Shown: positions 47,552-58,144 of the stretch, piece by piece | How the letters are laid out: every line of letters starts with the position of its first letter | Position numbering within the stretch: the stretch's first letter is position 1 | DNA from: Nitrospiria bacterium | Lineage (GTDB): Bacteria; Nitrospirota; Nitrospiria; SBBL01; JAADHI01 | NCBI GenBank assembly: GCA_945787655.1 | Contig: CALZIJ010000003.1 | Coordinates: 4,602 to 68,601, forward strand | Length of the DNA stretch: 64,000 nucleotides | Reading direction: 5' to 3' | Program-made: the position numbers and the translations under genes | The notes under the pieces: model-generated | Told to the model about the DNA's origin: nothing | Database searches by the model: none | What the model saw: the letters and a program-made list of their open reading frames with translations, nothing else

Positions 47552-48646
47552 ATGTATCACTGGTACCTCAAAGGGCATATTGACCATGCGGGAGCAATGC
47601 GCAAGATACGATTGGAACCGTTGCCGTTTCTCATGGGCCGGCATCCCGGATTAGGACTGAGTATTGAATCAAGCAGTATTTCCCGGCATCATGCCGAGAT
47701 TTTTCGACGGAATGGACATCTCGTTCTCAAGGACTTAAACAGCACGAACGGGACATTTATTAACCGGAAACCGGTAAAAGGGGAGGTTACCCTTAAAGCG
47801 GGGGACATCCTGCATATCGCTAATATCGAACTTCGTTTGTTCTGTGAACCGATCAGTCAGGGGCACGAAGAGTCAGCAACCCATCTGGATATCGGGGGTA
47901 CAGCCACCAATTTACCGGCAGGATGGGTGGAATTGGAAGAATTGTTTTCGTCTTCACTGGTCAGCTCCGATTTTCAGACCCTGTTTGACAGCCGGGATGA
48001 GTCGGCCTTTGCCTTTGAAATTTTAGGGCGGGGAACCCATGTGAAACTGCCGCGGCTTCCCGGTGAACTTTTTCGTATTGCAGAAAGCGCCGGGCGTGAA
48101 ATCGCCTTGGTTGAATTGCTTCGTTTTGACGGCGTGATGCGTGCGGAGGCTTCAGGCTCATCCCGACTTTTTTTTATCAATATTCATCCCAGGGAACTGG
48201 AAGATCCGGTCCGTTTAATTTGCTCTGTACAGCGAGTTCGCGAAAAATTTCCCAAGCCCAAGTTGGTTCTAGAAATCCATGAACGCGCCATTACTGATTT
48301 AAAGGTGATGAAAACACTTCGGGATGACTTGAAAAGGCTGGAGGTTGGCATGGCCTATGATGATTTTGGCGCAGGCCAAACACGCCTTTTGGAGTTGGCG
48401 GAGATGCCTCCCGATTATCTGAAATTTGACATTGCCCTGATCCGGGATATTGACCGTGCCGCCGCTCGGCGAGAAATGGTCGATTTGCTCATCCGTTTGT
48501 CCAAACGTTTGAATATTAAAACAGTCGCCGAAGGTGTCAGTAAAGCAAAAGAAGCCGAGGCCTGCCGGGCCCTAGGTTTTGATTTCCTGCAAGGGTTTTA
48601 TTATGGTCAGCCCTCCACACATCCCCAAATTCGATTTCAAAGATAA
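47552..48646 (+). CDS. FHA domain - EAL domain (c-di-GMP phosphodiesterase-like) fusion protein
   Basis: FHA: GRHPGLGLSI.SSSISRHHAEI...LKDLNSTNGTFIN. EAL: FEILGRG, FINIHP, LEIHER, YDDFGAGQ, LKFD, VAEGV and LQGFYYGQP. Confidence 0.8.
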   Translation: MYHWYLKGHIDHAGAMRKIRLEPLPFLMGRHPGLGLSIESSSISRHHAEIFRRNGHLVLKDLNSTNGTFINRKPVKGEVTLKAGDILHIANIELRLFCEPISQGHEESATHLDIGGTATNLPAGWVELEELFSSSLVSSDFQTLFDSRDESAFAFEILGRGTHVKLPRLPGELFRIAESAGREIALVELLRFDGVMRAEASGSSRLFFINIHPRELEDPVRLICSVQRVREKFPKPKLVLEIHERAITDLKVMKTLRDDLKRLEVGMAYDDFGAGQTRLLELAEMPPDYLKFDIALIRDIDRAAARREMVDLLIRLSKRLNIKTVAEGVSKAKEAEACRALGFDFLQGFYYGQPSTHPQIRFQR

Positions 48647-48832
48647 TTTAAGAAATGATTTTACTTTGAACTGATCCTTCACGTATTTTTAATAGAGATA
48701 CGGGTTTAAGGTTTAAAAATATATTTCCTATTCCAATAATCAGGTGTTCATTTTCACTGTAAACCCGGTTCCAGTTCAATAGCCCGGTCTCGTTTGCAGT
48801 GGGGAATTTCAGCGAGTCTAAGGAGATGCAAG

Positions 48833-49192
48833 ATGCGTGTTCAATCCATAATTATGGCGGTTCTTTTCATTTTATTATTCACAGAAATTGGTTTTTCACA
48901 GGCAGAACCTTCTCAAAATGAGTTTACTTTTGTCGCGACAGAAATCGGAGAAAAAGCCAATATTTGGCTGCCGTCAACGATTGTTGTGAAAAATGGACAG
49001 GCGGTCCATTTAATGCTTCGTAATGTCTCGGAAAGAGATCATGGTTTTACCATTGAAGGCTTGGGAGTGAAGGAAGTCATCGCCCCGGACGGGAAAACAC
49101 GGGTGAAATTTACCGCTTCGTCGGCTGGGGTCTATCGTTTTTACTGTCACTTGCACAAAGGCCACATCGGCGGACAAATTATTGTCCAGTAA
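48833..49192 (+). CDS. Secreted cupredoxin-fold protein
   Basis: AAGGAG lies 7 nt upstream of the ATG at 48833. Signal peptide ending FSQA, candidate ligand contexts ERDHGF and YRFYCHLHKGHIGGQIIV. Confidence 0.65.
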   Translation: MRVQSIIMAVLFILLFTEIGFSQAEPSQNEFTFVATEIGEKANIWLPSTIVVKNGQAVHLMLRNVSERDHGFTIEGLGVKEVIAPDGKTRVKFTASSAGVYRFYCHLHKGHIGGQIIVQ

Positions 49193-49217
49193 TGTTTTCA
49201 AAGTTTCAGGAGCGTCT

Positions 49218-49243
49218 CCCGGATGAGCGGAAACGGGTTTTTT
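49218..49243 (+). terminator. Weak intrinsic-terminator-like element after the cupredoxin gene
   Basis: CCCG-12 nt-CGGG followed by TTTTTTATTTT. The stem is only 4 bp. Confidence 0.3.
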
Positions 49244-49250
49244 ATTTTGC

Positions 49251-50270
49251 TCATTTGATTGTGGCTAAAAAGCGCGCCAATACCCAACCTTGTTTGCCTT
49301 TCGCAGTTTGCACTTCGACCCAGTCGCCTTTTGTCGACAGGATATGGACATAAGAGCCGCGGCGAAGGCGTTCAATAAGAATAGATGATGCAGAGGCCTC
49401 ACCACGCACATTGAGGATATCTGCGGTTGTGTGTTTATATTTTTGTCGTGCGATTTTTGAAAAAGGATTGTTGATGATCAATTGCCTGAACGGGTCTTCT
49501 TCCGGAAGAATTTCTTTGGGCCGAACGACAACCTTAAAACTGAGTCTATTCAAGAGCAGGGGGTTCAGAATCACAGCCGGCACCGTTCTTAATGGATTTC
49601 CCGGCAGCCGTAATGTTCTTTCAAAAAAACCCTTTTCAGTTCCCTCGAATAAAGAGTAGGTTTTAGATCCCATTTCCAACTGGATGGATTGAAGGTCTCT
49701 CGGGGTGATGTTTTGTAAAAACGTCGCAAAATAAAAGCGGTCGCCGCCGGCCAAGCGCATTTGGGCCAGAAAGCGGGAAGGGACGGGAACCCGAGGCCGG
49801 CCATCGAGGTGAACCACTGCCTCGTCAAGTTCCTGGTAGAGGTTGGTGGTCAGTTGAAAAGCGGCATTGATCGATTGCATTTGATGGGTTTCAATATCGG
49901 TTGAGTTGTGTGCCAATTGCTCATTTGCCGTATTCAGTTCTTTTTTAAGCTGTACAATATCGGTGACGTATTTTTTGATTTGTTCTTCAAGCCTGAGGGC
50001 GTTTTCCTCCAGTGTTGCGATTTGGGATGTTTTTTCCCAGATGGCTTGATCTTTGAGATCTTTTCTTAAGGCAATCATTCCGATTGCAACGGAAACACAA
50101 AGTAACACGATCCAGCCACGCAAAGTGATTCTGGTGTAAAAGGGGGCATTGTTGTTGTTCCAGCGGTCTCCTCCAAAAGCCAGTGTGGATTCACCGATTG
50201 TGGTTCCGGTAAAGGATAAAAAAATTGCAAGAAGGCCAAAGACACCGATGACCATGTCTATCCCGTTCAT
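49251..50270 (-). CDS. Membrane-anchored coiled-coil protein with C-terminal bacterial SH3 domain
   Basis: Two N-terminal TM segments, a coiled coil (ATLEENALRLEEQIKKYVTDIVQLKKELNTANEQL), and a C-terminal SH3b-like LNVRGEASASS...GDWVEVQTAKGKQGWVLARFL. Confidence 0.6.
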   Translation of the reverse strand: MNGIDMVIGVFGLLAIFLSFTGTTIGESTLAFGGDRWNNNNAPFYTRITLRGWIVLLCVSVAIGMIALRKDLKDQAIWEKTSQIATLEENALRLEEQIKKYVTDIVQLKKELNTANEQLAHNSTDIETHQMQSINAAFQLTTNLYQELDEAVVHLDGRPRVPVPSRFLAQMRLAGGDRFYFATFLQNITPRDLQSIQLEMGSKTYSLFEGTEKGFFERTLRLPGNPLRTVPAVILNPLLLNRLSFKVVVRPKEILPEEDPFRQLIINNPFSKIARQKYKHTTADILNVRGEASASSILIERLRRGSYVHILSTKGDWVEVQTAKGKQGWVLARFLATIK

Positions 50271-50420
50271 GAGTACTGCTCCTTAAAATGAAGATGTATG
50301 ACAAATACATGATGACTAAATGATTAGTGTACTTCAGGGATAGTATCGAACGGCAATAGAAAATTCAATTCTATTATCGTTTAAATAAGGCTGTTGTTAG
50401 GGAAAAGAGTTTAAAAGAGG

Positions 50421-51861
50421 TTAATCCGAGCGAAGTTCCGCTAGAAAATCTCGTACCTGACGATTCAGTTCCTCGGATTGAAGGGAACGTCCTTGAGCTG
50501 CGCTTAAAACATGTCCTGACGAGGTATTGGCTTCTGTCGCCATTTTATTCACTTCTTTTAAGCTTCTTGAGATATGTTCTGTTCCACTGGATGCGGATTT
50601 CATGCTCTCGGAAATGCCGTCCGTGGTGGCCGCTTGCTCTTCCACTGCCGAGGCAATGCCCCCGGAAGAGTCCGAGATCTTGTTCACAGAGGTTTGAATG
50701 CCCTCCAAAGAGAAAATAATTTCTTCGGAAGCGCTTCTCATTTCGTCTATGACAGTTTTGATTTCATGTATGGCCGCATTGGTTTGTCCCGCCAGCACTT
50801 TGACTTCATTGGCGACCACGGCAAAACCCTTCCCGGCTTCTCCGGCCCTGGTGGATTCGATAGTGGTATTCAGTGCTAACAGATTAATTTTTTCGGCAAC
50901 ATCCAGCATCATTTTAAGAACCCCTTCAATTTTCATGGAAGCTGATTTTAAAGAATCGGCCTTATTCCCCGCGATCTGCCCTTTTTGCACAGAATCAGTC
51001 ACTAGGCTTTGAGAGGTTTGAACTTGTGAAGAAATTTCCCGGATTGAAGCGCTCATCAGTTGGGCGGCATCCGAGACCGACTGCACCTGTTCAATGGTTT
51101 TTGTCGCGCCACTGGTGGCTTCTTCGGTCATCTGAGTGGCATTATGTATGGATTCCGTCATTTGTCGTAGTGGCGAGTTCTGTAGATGCTGAAGCGACGG
51201 TTTGAATAGTACTTTGAATCCGTTTTTCAAAGGCTTGTGCCAAATTCCGGACTGTTTCTTTTCGTTCGTGTTCCTGCCTGATTTTTTCCAGCTTCTTTTC
51301 TTCTTCAAGGCGGGCTTTATCCAAAGCATTGGATTTAAAAATGCCCAGCGCTTTGGCCATTTTCCCCATTTCATCGCCTCTCTCTTGATAGGGAATTTCC
51401 GGATAATTCCTATTAGAGAATGAATGCATGGTTTCCGTGATGGACAAAATCGGGTCCGAGACCATTTTTTCTGCGGAGTACCCGATGAAAAGTGTGAGGA
51501 TGCTGGTGATAACTATAATACTTATCAATAAATTTGATAATCGATGAACCGATTCCAGGGCGATGGAGGCTTCTTGCCAGATCATCATCGTCCAATGGGA
51601 TTCTTGCTCTCAAATGTGGTCCCGCCCAAAACTCACCAGATAGGAGACCCCGTTGATTTCAGTTTGGAAATATCCATAATCTTCTTCATTTTGCTTGAGC
51701 AGGTGCTCCCAACTTCGATTGCTGAATGTTTTCCAAAACTCCTGATGGGACTCGTCGGAAAGAAAACCGGGGAAAGAGACGATATTTCCGTCCCGGTCCA
51801 GTAATATGGAAAAATGGGTGTCTATTTGTATCTCACCCAGTGTATAGGTATTTCGCCACAT
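50421..51861 (-). pseudogene. Degraded methyl-accepting chemotaxis protein (Cache-like fragment, TM, HAMP, MA domain)
   Basis: Three ORF-track pieces: 51610-51861 (sensor fragment), 51142-51588 (TM + HAMP) and 50421-51374 (signalling domain [33 protein letters not shown]). Pieces 1 and 2 are in the same frame, split by TGA at 51610-51612. Pieces 2 and 3 need a 1-nt frame change near 51157-51170. Confidence 0.7.
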
Positions 51862-52014
51862 GAGGAGACCGACAAATTCCCATCGGCCACGATCGCCGAC
51901 GCCATGTAAAGGTTCAGGCGTGTTGCTTCTTTGTCTGAATCCGGGGTTTCGAGGATAAGTGTAAGTTGGACAAAATTAAAGAAATAAGGTCGGGGAGGTC
52001 GCGTTGCCGCGTGA

Positions 52015-52206
52015 TTATCCTGCCTTCACCACTTTACCTGACCGAATGCACCGGGTGCAGGCACGAACTTTCTTGATGGTTTTTCCGATCACTGCGCGGA
52101 CATGCTGAAGGTTTGGGTGAAAAACCCGTTTGGTTTTGTTATTGGCGTGACTGACGTTATTTCCGACCTGACGTCGTTTTCCACAAAGGTCGCATATTTT
52201 GGCCAT
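52015..52206 (-). CDS. rpmB: 50S ribosomal protein L28
   Basis: [27 protein letters not shown]... is the canonical L28 sequence. 63 aa. Confidence 0.95.
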   Translation of the reverse strand: MAKICDLCGKRRQVGNNVSHANNKTKRVFHPNLQHVRAVIGKTIKKVRACTRCIRSGKVVKAG

Positions 52207-52379
52207 TTCTAACTCCTGATTGATTCAAAAAAGAGATGCATGCTATCATATGTTCCAATTGAACACAAGAAAAATATGGATTCCTGATTAAATCTTTAAA
52301 TGAATATGACTCGTCATAATTTGTTCAAGCGTAGCTATTTTAACATGCTTCATTCCTCGTCGCAGGTTTTCTTTTTTTA

Positions 52380-54494
52380 ATGCCTTCTCCTTTTCCCTGG
52401 CAAACATCGGTGCAATATCTTAAGGGCGTTGGCCCAAAGCGTGCTTTCTTTTTGGGCAAGTTGAATATACAGACCCTTGAAGACCTGTTATATTTTATCC
52501 CGTTTCGATATGAAGACCGTGCAAAAATCAAAAAAATAAGCCAAGTGGAATCTGGAAAAATTGAGACCATTGTCGGCGAAGTCATGGCGGTCAGTCTCAG
52601 TGAAACGGCACGAAGACGTCTGAAGATCGTGGAAATTGCGGTTTCCGATCAATCCGGTGTGATAAAAGCAAAATGGTTTAATCAGCAGTTCCTGAAAACC
52701 TACTTTAAAAGAGGGGACCGGATCATGCTTTCAGGCCCGGTCAAGATGAACTATTATGGCGGCCGGTCCCTGGAAATGGAAAGTCCTGTTTACGAACGCG
52801 TCGGAGCGCACGACACACAGCTGCATATGGACCGAATTGTCCCGGTTTATCATGAGACAAAGGGTTTGACCAGCAAACAAATCCGAATCCTCATGAAACA
52901 GGTACTCGATCAGTTTGGTCATCAGATCCCGGAATTGCTGCCTTTGGAAATGATTCAGAAATATCAAATGCCGTCACTTTCGGAAGCCATTATGAAGGTC
53001 CATTTTCCCGAAAAAGAAATGGCCCTAAATCTCTTAAATGCCGGAAGAAGTCCGGCGCATCAGCGGCTGATCTTTGATGAACTTTTTATTTTACAAACGG
53101 GGTTGGCGCTGAGAAAAAAAGGGGTGAGTGATCGAAGGCCTGGAATTCAATTTCATATTCAAGAGAGTACGCTGACGCCTTTCAGGGCATTATTGCCCTT
53201 TGCGTTGACCCGTGCACAGGAAAAGGTCTTTTTAGAAATAAAAAAGGATATGTCACAGGGTGATGTCATGAACCGCCTTATTCAAGGTGATGTCGGTTCT
53301 GGTAAAACACTGGTTGCGTTAATGTCGATCCTGATTGCCCTGGAGAATCAATATCAAACGGCATTAATGGCCCCGACCGAAATTCTGGCGGAGCAGCATT
53401 TTTTTTACCTTAAACCCTATTTGGAAACACTGGGAAAATCAATACTGCTGATCACCAGTGACATGCGGAAAAAAGAGAAAGAAGAGGTCATAACACGGAT
53501 TCGAGAGGGGCAGTGTGATCTTGTTGTCGGGACACATGCCTTGATTCAAAAAGGAGTTCTGTTTAAAAAACTGGGCCTTGCTGTGGTTGATGAGCAGCAC
53601 AAATTCGGTGTATTGCAACGCGCGACCCTGGCCGAAAAAGGGCGCCAGCCGGATCTGCTCATTATGACCGCGACGCCCATTCCCCGGACCCTGGGACTGA
53701 CCCTTTACGGGGATTTGAATATTTCTGTCATCGATGAATTACCGCCGGGACGGATGCCCGTACGAACACGGCTGTATTATGGAAAGCAACGACAGCAGGC
53801 CTACGGTTTTATCCGGGAAGAAATCAAAAAAGGGCATCAGGCCTTTGTGGTTTGTCCTTTAGTGGATGAATCTGAAAAAATGGATTTAAAGGCCGCGATT
53901 GCGCTGCTTAGTGAATTTAAGGAGCAGATCTTTCCGGAATTTAACATCGGTCTTTTGCATGGAAAAATGACGCGTGAAGAGAAAGAATCCGTCATGTTGT
54001 CCTTCAAGTCGGGGAAGATGGATATTCTCGTGGCCACAACCGTGGTTGAGGTGGGCATCGATATTCCCAATGCCACCGTCATGGCCATTGAGCACGCGGA
54101 GCGCTTTGGTCTCTCACAGCTTCATCAACTCCGTGGACGTGTGGGACGGGGACGTGTACAGTCTTACTGCCTGATGATTGCTGAATATCCGATTTCCAAT
54201 GAAGGAAAGCGCAGACTGAACGCGATGCTTTCAACGACCGACGGTTTTAAAATTTCTGAGGAAGATTTGGCGATTCGTGGACCGGGAGAGTTTTTCGGTA
54301 CCCAGCAATCCGGCCTGCCGGTTTTACGTATTGCAAACTTGATCCGAGATGCCGATCTATTGGATAGTGCACGGGATGCAGCCTTTGAGTGGGTTGCAAG
54401 ACACCCGGCGCTTGACGATAATGAAAGCAAGATGGTTCGGGCCTTTCTTGAAAGAAAGTGGGGCGGCAAGCTAGAATGGCTGTCCAGGGGATAA
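52380..54494 (+). CDS. recG: ATP-dependent DNA helicase RecG
   Basis: N-terminal wedge/OB domain, helicase motifs GDVGSGKT, VVDEQHKFG, MTATPIPRT and QLHQLRGRVGRG. Confidence 0.95.
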   Translation: MPSPFPWQTSVQYLKGVGPKRAFFLGKLNIQTLEDLLYFIPFRYEDRAKIKKISQVESGKIETIVGEVMAVSLSETARRRLKIVEIAVSDQSGVIKAKWFNQQFLKTYFKRGDRIMLSGPVKMNYYGGRSLEMESPVYERVGAHDTQLHMDRIVPVYHETKGLTSKQIRILMKQVLDQFGHQIPELLPLEMIQKYQMPSLSEAIMKVHFPEKEMALNLLNAGRSPAHQRLIFDELFILQTGLALRKKGVSDRRPGIQFHIQESTLTPFRALLPFALTRAQEKVFLEIKKDMSQGDVMNRLIQGDVGSGKTLVALMSILIALENQYQTALMAPTEILAEQHFFYLKPYLETLGKSILLITSDMRKKEKEEVITRIREGQCDLVVGTHALIQKGVLFKKLGLAVVDEQHKFGVLQRATLAEKGRQPDLLIMTATPIPRTLGLTLYGDLNISVIDELPPGRMPVRTRLYYGKQRQQAYGFIREEIKKGHQAFVVCPLVDESEKMDLKAAIALLSEFKEQIFPEFNIGLLHGKMTREEKESVMLSFKSGKMDILVATTVVEVGIDIPNATVMAIEHAERFGLSQLHQLRGRVGRGRVQSYCLMIAEYPISNEGKRRLNAMLSTTDGFKISEEDLAIRGPGEFFGTQQSGLPVLRIANLIRDADLLDSARDAAFEWVARHPALDDNESKMVRAFLERKWGGKLEWLSRG

Positions 54495-54520
54495 CTAAAA
54501 GGCTGTTAAAATAAAAAAGG

Positions 54521-54934
54521 ATGTGTTTATTGTCTTTTTCATTAAAAAAAATCACACAAGCCTATCGGGAAGTTTTTGATCGAATCACCGCAAAAACCAC
54601 CTGGAAAGAAGACTTGGGCCGAGGCATTGAAACCCTTTTAAATGGCGGTGCTTTACTCGCAGACCGCTCTTTTGTGGAAATTGAAACCATTCGACTCCGT
54701 CGTGAAATGGATCAAGTCGAAGAGAAGCTGTTTCAAGCATATCAGTCGCTGGGTAAAAGGTGCATGGACCATTGGCAGCACGATCAGGAGCTGGATGAAA
54801 AAGGAAAAAACAAGGCTTTTCAACAGATTACAGCACTTTTTCTTGAGAAAGAGAAATTAAAGGATCAGTTGGCGGCGGCCAAAAACCCTCCCGCACCGGA
54901 TATCCCTCCTTCATCTGAATCAGTCCCGGAATAG
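54521..54934 (+). CDS. Hypothetical coiled-coil protein
   Basis: ORF in the tight recG-ppx interval with no recognisable motif. Confidence 0.45.
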   Translation: MCLLSFSLKKITQAYREVFDRITAKTTWKEDLGRGIETLLNGGALLADRSFVEIETIRLRREMDQVEEKLFQAYQSLGKRCMDHWQHDQELDEKGKNKAFQQITALFLEKEKLKDQLAAAKNPPAPDIPPSSESVPE

Positions 54935-54939
54935 TTTCA

Positions 54940-55887
54940 ATGGCCCGTTTTGCATCCATTGATTTGGGAACCAATACCTTCAGGATGCTTATTGTTGAAC
55001 CTCAAGCCGGTTCCCTTTTTCATGTGGTCTATACGGAAAATCGTATGACCCGTCTGGGAGAAGGTTTTTCAGAACGAAAAGATATTACGGCAGCGGCCTT
55101 AAAACGTTCGATTGCATCACTAAGGCATTTCAGGAACCTTTGTGATGAGATGCAGGTGGATCACGTGCTTGTTTTTGGGACAAGTGCGCTGCGGCAGGCC
55201 GAGAATCGTTCTGCTTTTTTAAAGGAAGTGAAACAAGAAACCGGATTTGAAGTGGAGGTATTGTCTGGTGAGGAGGAAGCCTATTATACCTTGATGGGGG
55301 TAAACCTTATTTTTGAGGACCAACAAAAAATAAATGATCCGATGGTCCTGATTGATATCGGAGGCGGGTCCACGGAATTTATCGTTTCCCGTCAAAATCA
55401 ACCTGAATTTCTTTTGAGCACGGATCTGGGTGCGGTGACCCTGACCGAAAGGTTTCTTCATACGGACCCGCCTCTCCCGGAAGCGCTTGCCGAACTGACT
55501 CATGAAGTGAAAAAAAAATTACTTTCATTGAGCATGCCGCTTCCTCAAGAGGGTCTGTTTGTGGGGACTGCGGGGACGGTAACGAGTCTGGCCGCTATGG
55601 CAATGGGCTTATCCCGTTATGATCCTCAAAAAATAAATCGATTTGTTCTCGAAAAAAATATCATCGAGAACCAGTTCGAAATCATGATTCAAAATCCGCT
55701 TTCGGAATGGGAAAATCTCCCCGGTCTTGAAAAAGGCCGTGCGGACATTTTAATCGCGGGTATTTTAATACTGAGGTCTATAATGGATACTTTTGGATAT
55801 GATAAAATAATCGTTTCCGACTATGGTCTTCGGGAAGGTGTGTTAGTGTCGAGATTTAAGGATCAATTTCAACAGGGCAAGAGATGA
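54940..55887 (+). CDS. Ppx/GppA family phosphatase
   Basis: ASIDLGTNTFRMLIVE, VFGTSALRQA and IDIGGGSTEF are ASKHA-fold Ppx/GppA motifs. Confidence 0.85.
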   Translation: MARFASIDLGTNTFRMLIVEPQAGSLFHVVYTENRMTRLGEGFSERKDITAAALKRSIASLRHFRNLCDEMQVDHVLVFGTSALRQAENRSAFLKEVKQETGFEVEVLSGEEEAYYTLMGVNLIFEDQQKINDPMVLIDIGGGSTEFIVSRQNQPEFLLSTDLGAVTLTERFLHTDPPLPEALAELTHEVKKKLLSLSMPLPQEGLFVGTAGTVTSLAAMAMGLSRYDPQKINRFVLEKNIIENQFEIMIQNPLSEWENLPGLEKGRADILIAGILILRSIMDTFGYDKIIVSDYGLREGVLVSRFKDQFQQGKR

Positions 55888-56606
55888 CCCCGCAACAATG
55901 CCATGCCAAAGTCATAGAAATAAGGCAGTTGACACATGATGTAAAAGAAATTGCGTTTGAAATGATTACCCCGCCCAAGCTTGTCTTTAAGGCAGGTCAA
56001 TATATTGCCTTTGAAATCACTGAAATGAGAAACGGTGCGCCCCGGAAGAACAACAGGCCCTATTCCATCCTTTCGGCGCCGGAAGAGAATCCGCTGATTC
56101 GGCTTTGCGTCAACCTGGTTTCCGGCGGTCCGGGTTCTTCCTATATCCACGGTTTGAAATTGGGAGAAGTTGTGACATTCCTCTATCCTTTCGGGTATTT
56201 CACGATCAACACAGAGGCTTCATCAGATTTGTTATTCGTGGCGACGGGAACAGGAATCACACCGCTTTATGCCATGATTCAGCACTTGATCAACATAAAG
56301 AGCCAACGACCCATTCGATTATATTGGGGGCTTCGCAGTGAACGGGATTTGTATTTTCAGGAGGTCTTAAAGAAATGGGAGGTGGAGCATCCTTCCTTTC
56401 AGTATTTTACAACGCTGTCCCAGCCCTCTGAAGACTGGAAAGGAATTAAAGGGCGGGTGACAGCACAGATTAAGGAAGGCGTCAAAAACACTGAAAATCT
56501 CGAAGCATATCTTTGCGGTAATATGGAAATGATACGTGAGGTGAGATCGATCCTTCTTGAAAAAGGCATGGAGAAAAAATCGATCCATTTTGAAAAATTT
56601 TATTGA
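55884..56606 (+). CDS. Ferredoxin-NADP reductase-like FAD/NAD(P)-binding oxidoreductase
   Basis: RPYSILS (RxYS FAD motif), GGPGSSY, VATGTGITP and YLCGNMEM. The start overlaps the ppx stop (ATGA). Confidence 0.75.
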   Translation: MTPQQCHAKVIEIRQLTHDVKEIAFEMITPPKLVFKAGQYIAFEITEMRNGAPRKNNRPYSILSAPEENPLIRLCVNLVSGGPGSSYIHGLKLGEVVTFLYPFGYFTINTEASSDLLFVATGTGITPLYAMIQHLINIKSQRPIRLYWGLRSERDLYFQEVLKKWEVEHPSFQYFTTLSQPSEDWKGIKGRVTAQIKEGVKNTENLEAYLCGNMEMIREVRSILLEKGMEKKSIHFEKFY

Positions 56607-56757
56607 TTGCCCGTTCAGGGATTTATATTGAGAGCCGAAGCCATGTGCTGAATACCCCTTCATTCACCTCTTGCTTTCCAAAGAATAGCCCAGTACACTA
56701 CATTTCGAATTTTTCAAAAAGAAGAATCCCCTATCTTACAATTTAGAGAGGTTTGTC

Positions 56758-57195
56758 ATGAAGAAACTTTATTTAACAAAAACAGAGATCTTGCTTGTGT
56801 TTTTAGTCGGATTTATTTTGTCAGTGAGTTTATTTCCGGCACATTCCGCCAAAGCGGCAAACCCTACCCCCGAAGAAATAGAACAATACGTCCGGGCAAG
56901 AATCGATATGGGAGAGAACTTGGGCAGCTTTTTTCGAAATCGTCCACGCCCCCAGTTTGGTCCGGAAGGCGGGCCTTCCATGGATGAGCTGCGAAAACTT
57001 GAAACTGAAATTAACGACTTTATTTCCGGTATTTTGTCTAAATATGATCTGACCATCGAAAAATATCAGAGCAGAAGCCCCGATGTGTTTGCGGATCAGG
57101 CCGGAGTCCAGCAATTCCTAGATGCCAATCCGGATCTTAAAAAAAGATATGAAGCGCTTCCGCAAAGTCCGATGCGCGGCGGAAGGGGACACTAA
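56758..57195 (+). CDS. Secreted hypothetical protein
   Basis: Signal peptide ending HSAKA, then a helical, charged mature region. Possibly DUF4168-like, but unverified. Confidence 0.5.
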   Translation: MKKLYLTKTEILLVFLVGFILSVSLFPAHSAKAANPTPEEIEQYVRARIDMGENLGSFFRNRPRPQFGPEGGPSMDELRKLETEINDFISGILSKYDLTIEKYQSRSPDVFADQAGVQQFLDANPDLKKRYEALPQSPMRGGRGH

Positions 57196-57202
57196 GGCTG
57201 AT

Positions 57203-58144
57203 ATGAAGAAAAAAAGAATTGCTGTCACTGGCGGAGCGGGTTTTCTGGGGTCTCACTTGTGTGAGCGGCTTTTAAATAGCGGCCATGAGGTTTTATGCAT
57301 TGATAATTATTACACAGGCAATAAGGAAAATATTGCCCATTTAATGCCGGACCCGTATTTCGAATTGCTTCGTCATGATGTCTGTTTTCCGCTTTATCTT
57401 GAGGTTGATGAGATCTACAACCTGGCCTGTCCTGCCTCTCCCATCCATTACCAATCGGACCCGGTTCAAACGACAAAAACGTCAGTTCACGGTGCGATTA
57501 ATATGCTGGGTCTGGCCAAGCGTTTAAAAATTAAGATCTTTCAGGCTTCGACATCTGAAGTATACGGAGATCCACTGGTGCATCCTCAAACAGAATCCTA
57601 CTGGGGAAATGTGAATTCCGTTGGATTACGCTCGTGTTATGACGAAGGAAAACGGTGTGCGGAAACCCTTTTTTTCGATTATCATCGGCAGCATGGACTG
57701 GAAATCAAAGTGGCCCGCATCTTTAACACATATGGTCCAAAGATGTATCAAAATGACGGCCGGGTTGTTTCCAACTTTATCGTACAAGCTTTGAAAAATG
57801 AGCCGATTACGATTTACGGTGACGGAAAACAAACGCGGTCGTTTTGTTTTGTTTCCGATATGATTGATGCGTTTATCTTATTAATGGATACCCCGGAAGG
57901 GTTTACAGGCCCTGTCAATCTCGGAAATCCGAATGAATGCGACATGATTACATTGGCCGAAAAAATCATCACATTAACACAGTCCCAATCCGAGCTTATT
58001 TTTAAACCGCTTCCAAGTGATGATCCCACAAGGCGACGGCCCGATATTGCGCTTGCAAAAAAAGAATTGGGCTGGTCTCCCAGGGTTCCTTTGGAGGAGG
58101 GCATTACACAAACGATCCAATATTTTAAAAAAATACTTTTTTAA
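57203..58144 (+). CDS. uxs: UDP-glucuronate decarboxylase (UDP-xylose synthase)
   Basis: [47 protein letters not shown] and ARIFNTYGP. The start is set at the ATG immediately before the Rossmann fold, since the ORF-track start at 57122 overlaps the previous gene. Confidence 0.85.
   Translation: MKKKRIAVTGGAGFLGSHLCERLLNSGHEVLCIDNYYTGNKENIAHLMPDPYFELLRHDVCFPLYLEVDEIYNLACPASPIHYQSDPVQTTKTSVHGAINMLGLAKRLKIKIFQASTSEVYGDPLVHPQTESYWGNVNSVGLRSCYDEGKRCAETLFFDYHRQHGLEIKVARIFNTYGPKMYQNDGRVVSNFIVQALKNEPITIYGDGKQTRSFCFVSDMIDAFILLMDTPEGFTGPVNLGNPNECDMITLAEKIITLTQSQSELIFKPLPSDDPTRRRPDIALAKKELGWSPRVPLEEGITQTIQYFKKILF

Noticed and set aside
57122-57202. 5' extensions of ORF-track calls for uxs (57122), rmlD (60374), rmlC (61306), cheY (6075), gltD (19590), the HExxH gene (32147) and the cupredoxin (48794)
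   Set aside because: Each extension overlaps the upstream gene or lacks an SD. An internal start with an SD or stop-start overlap gives the conserved N-terminus.
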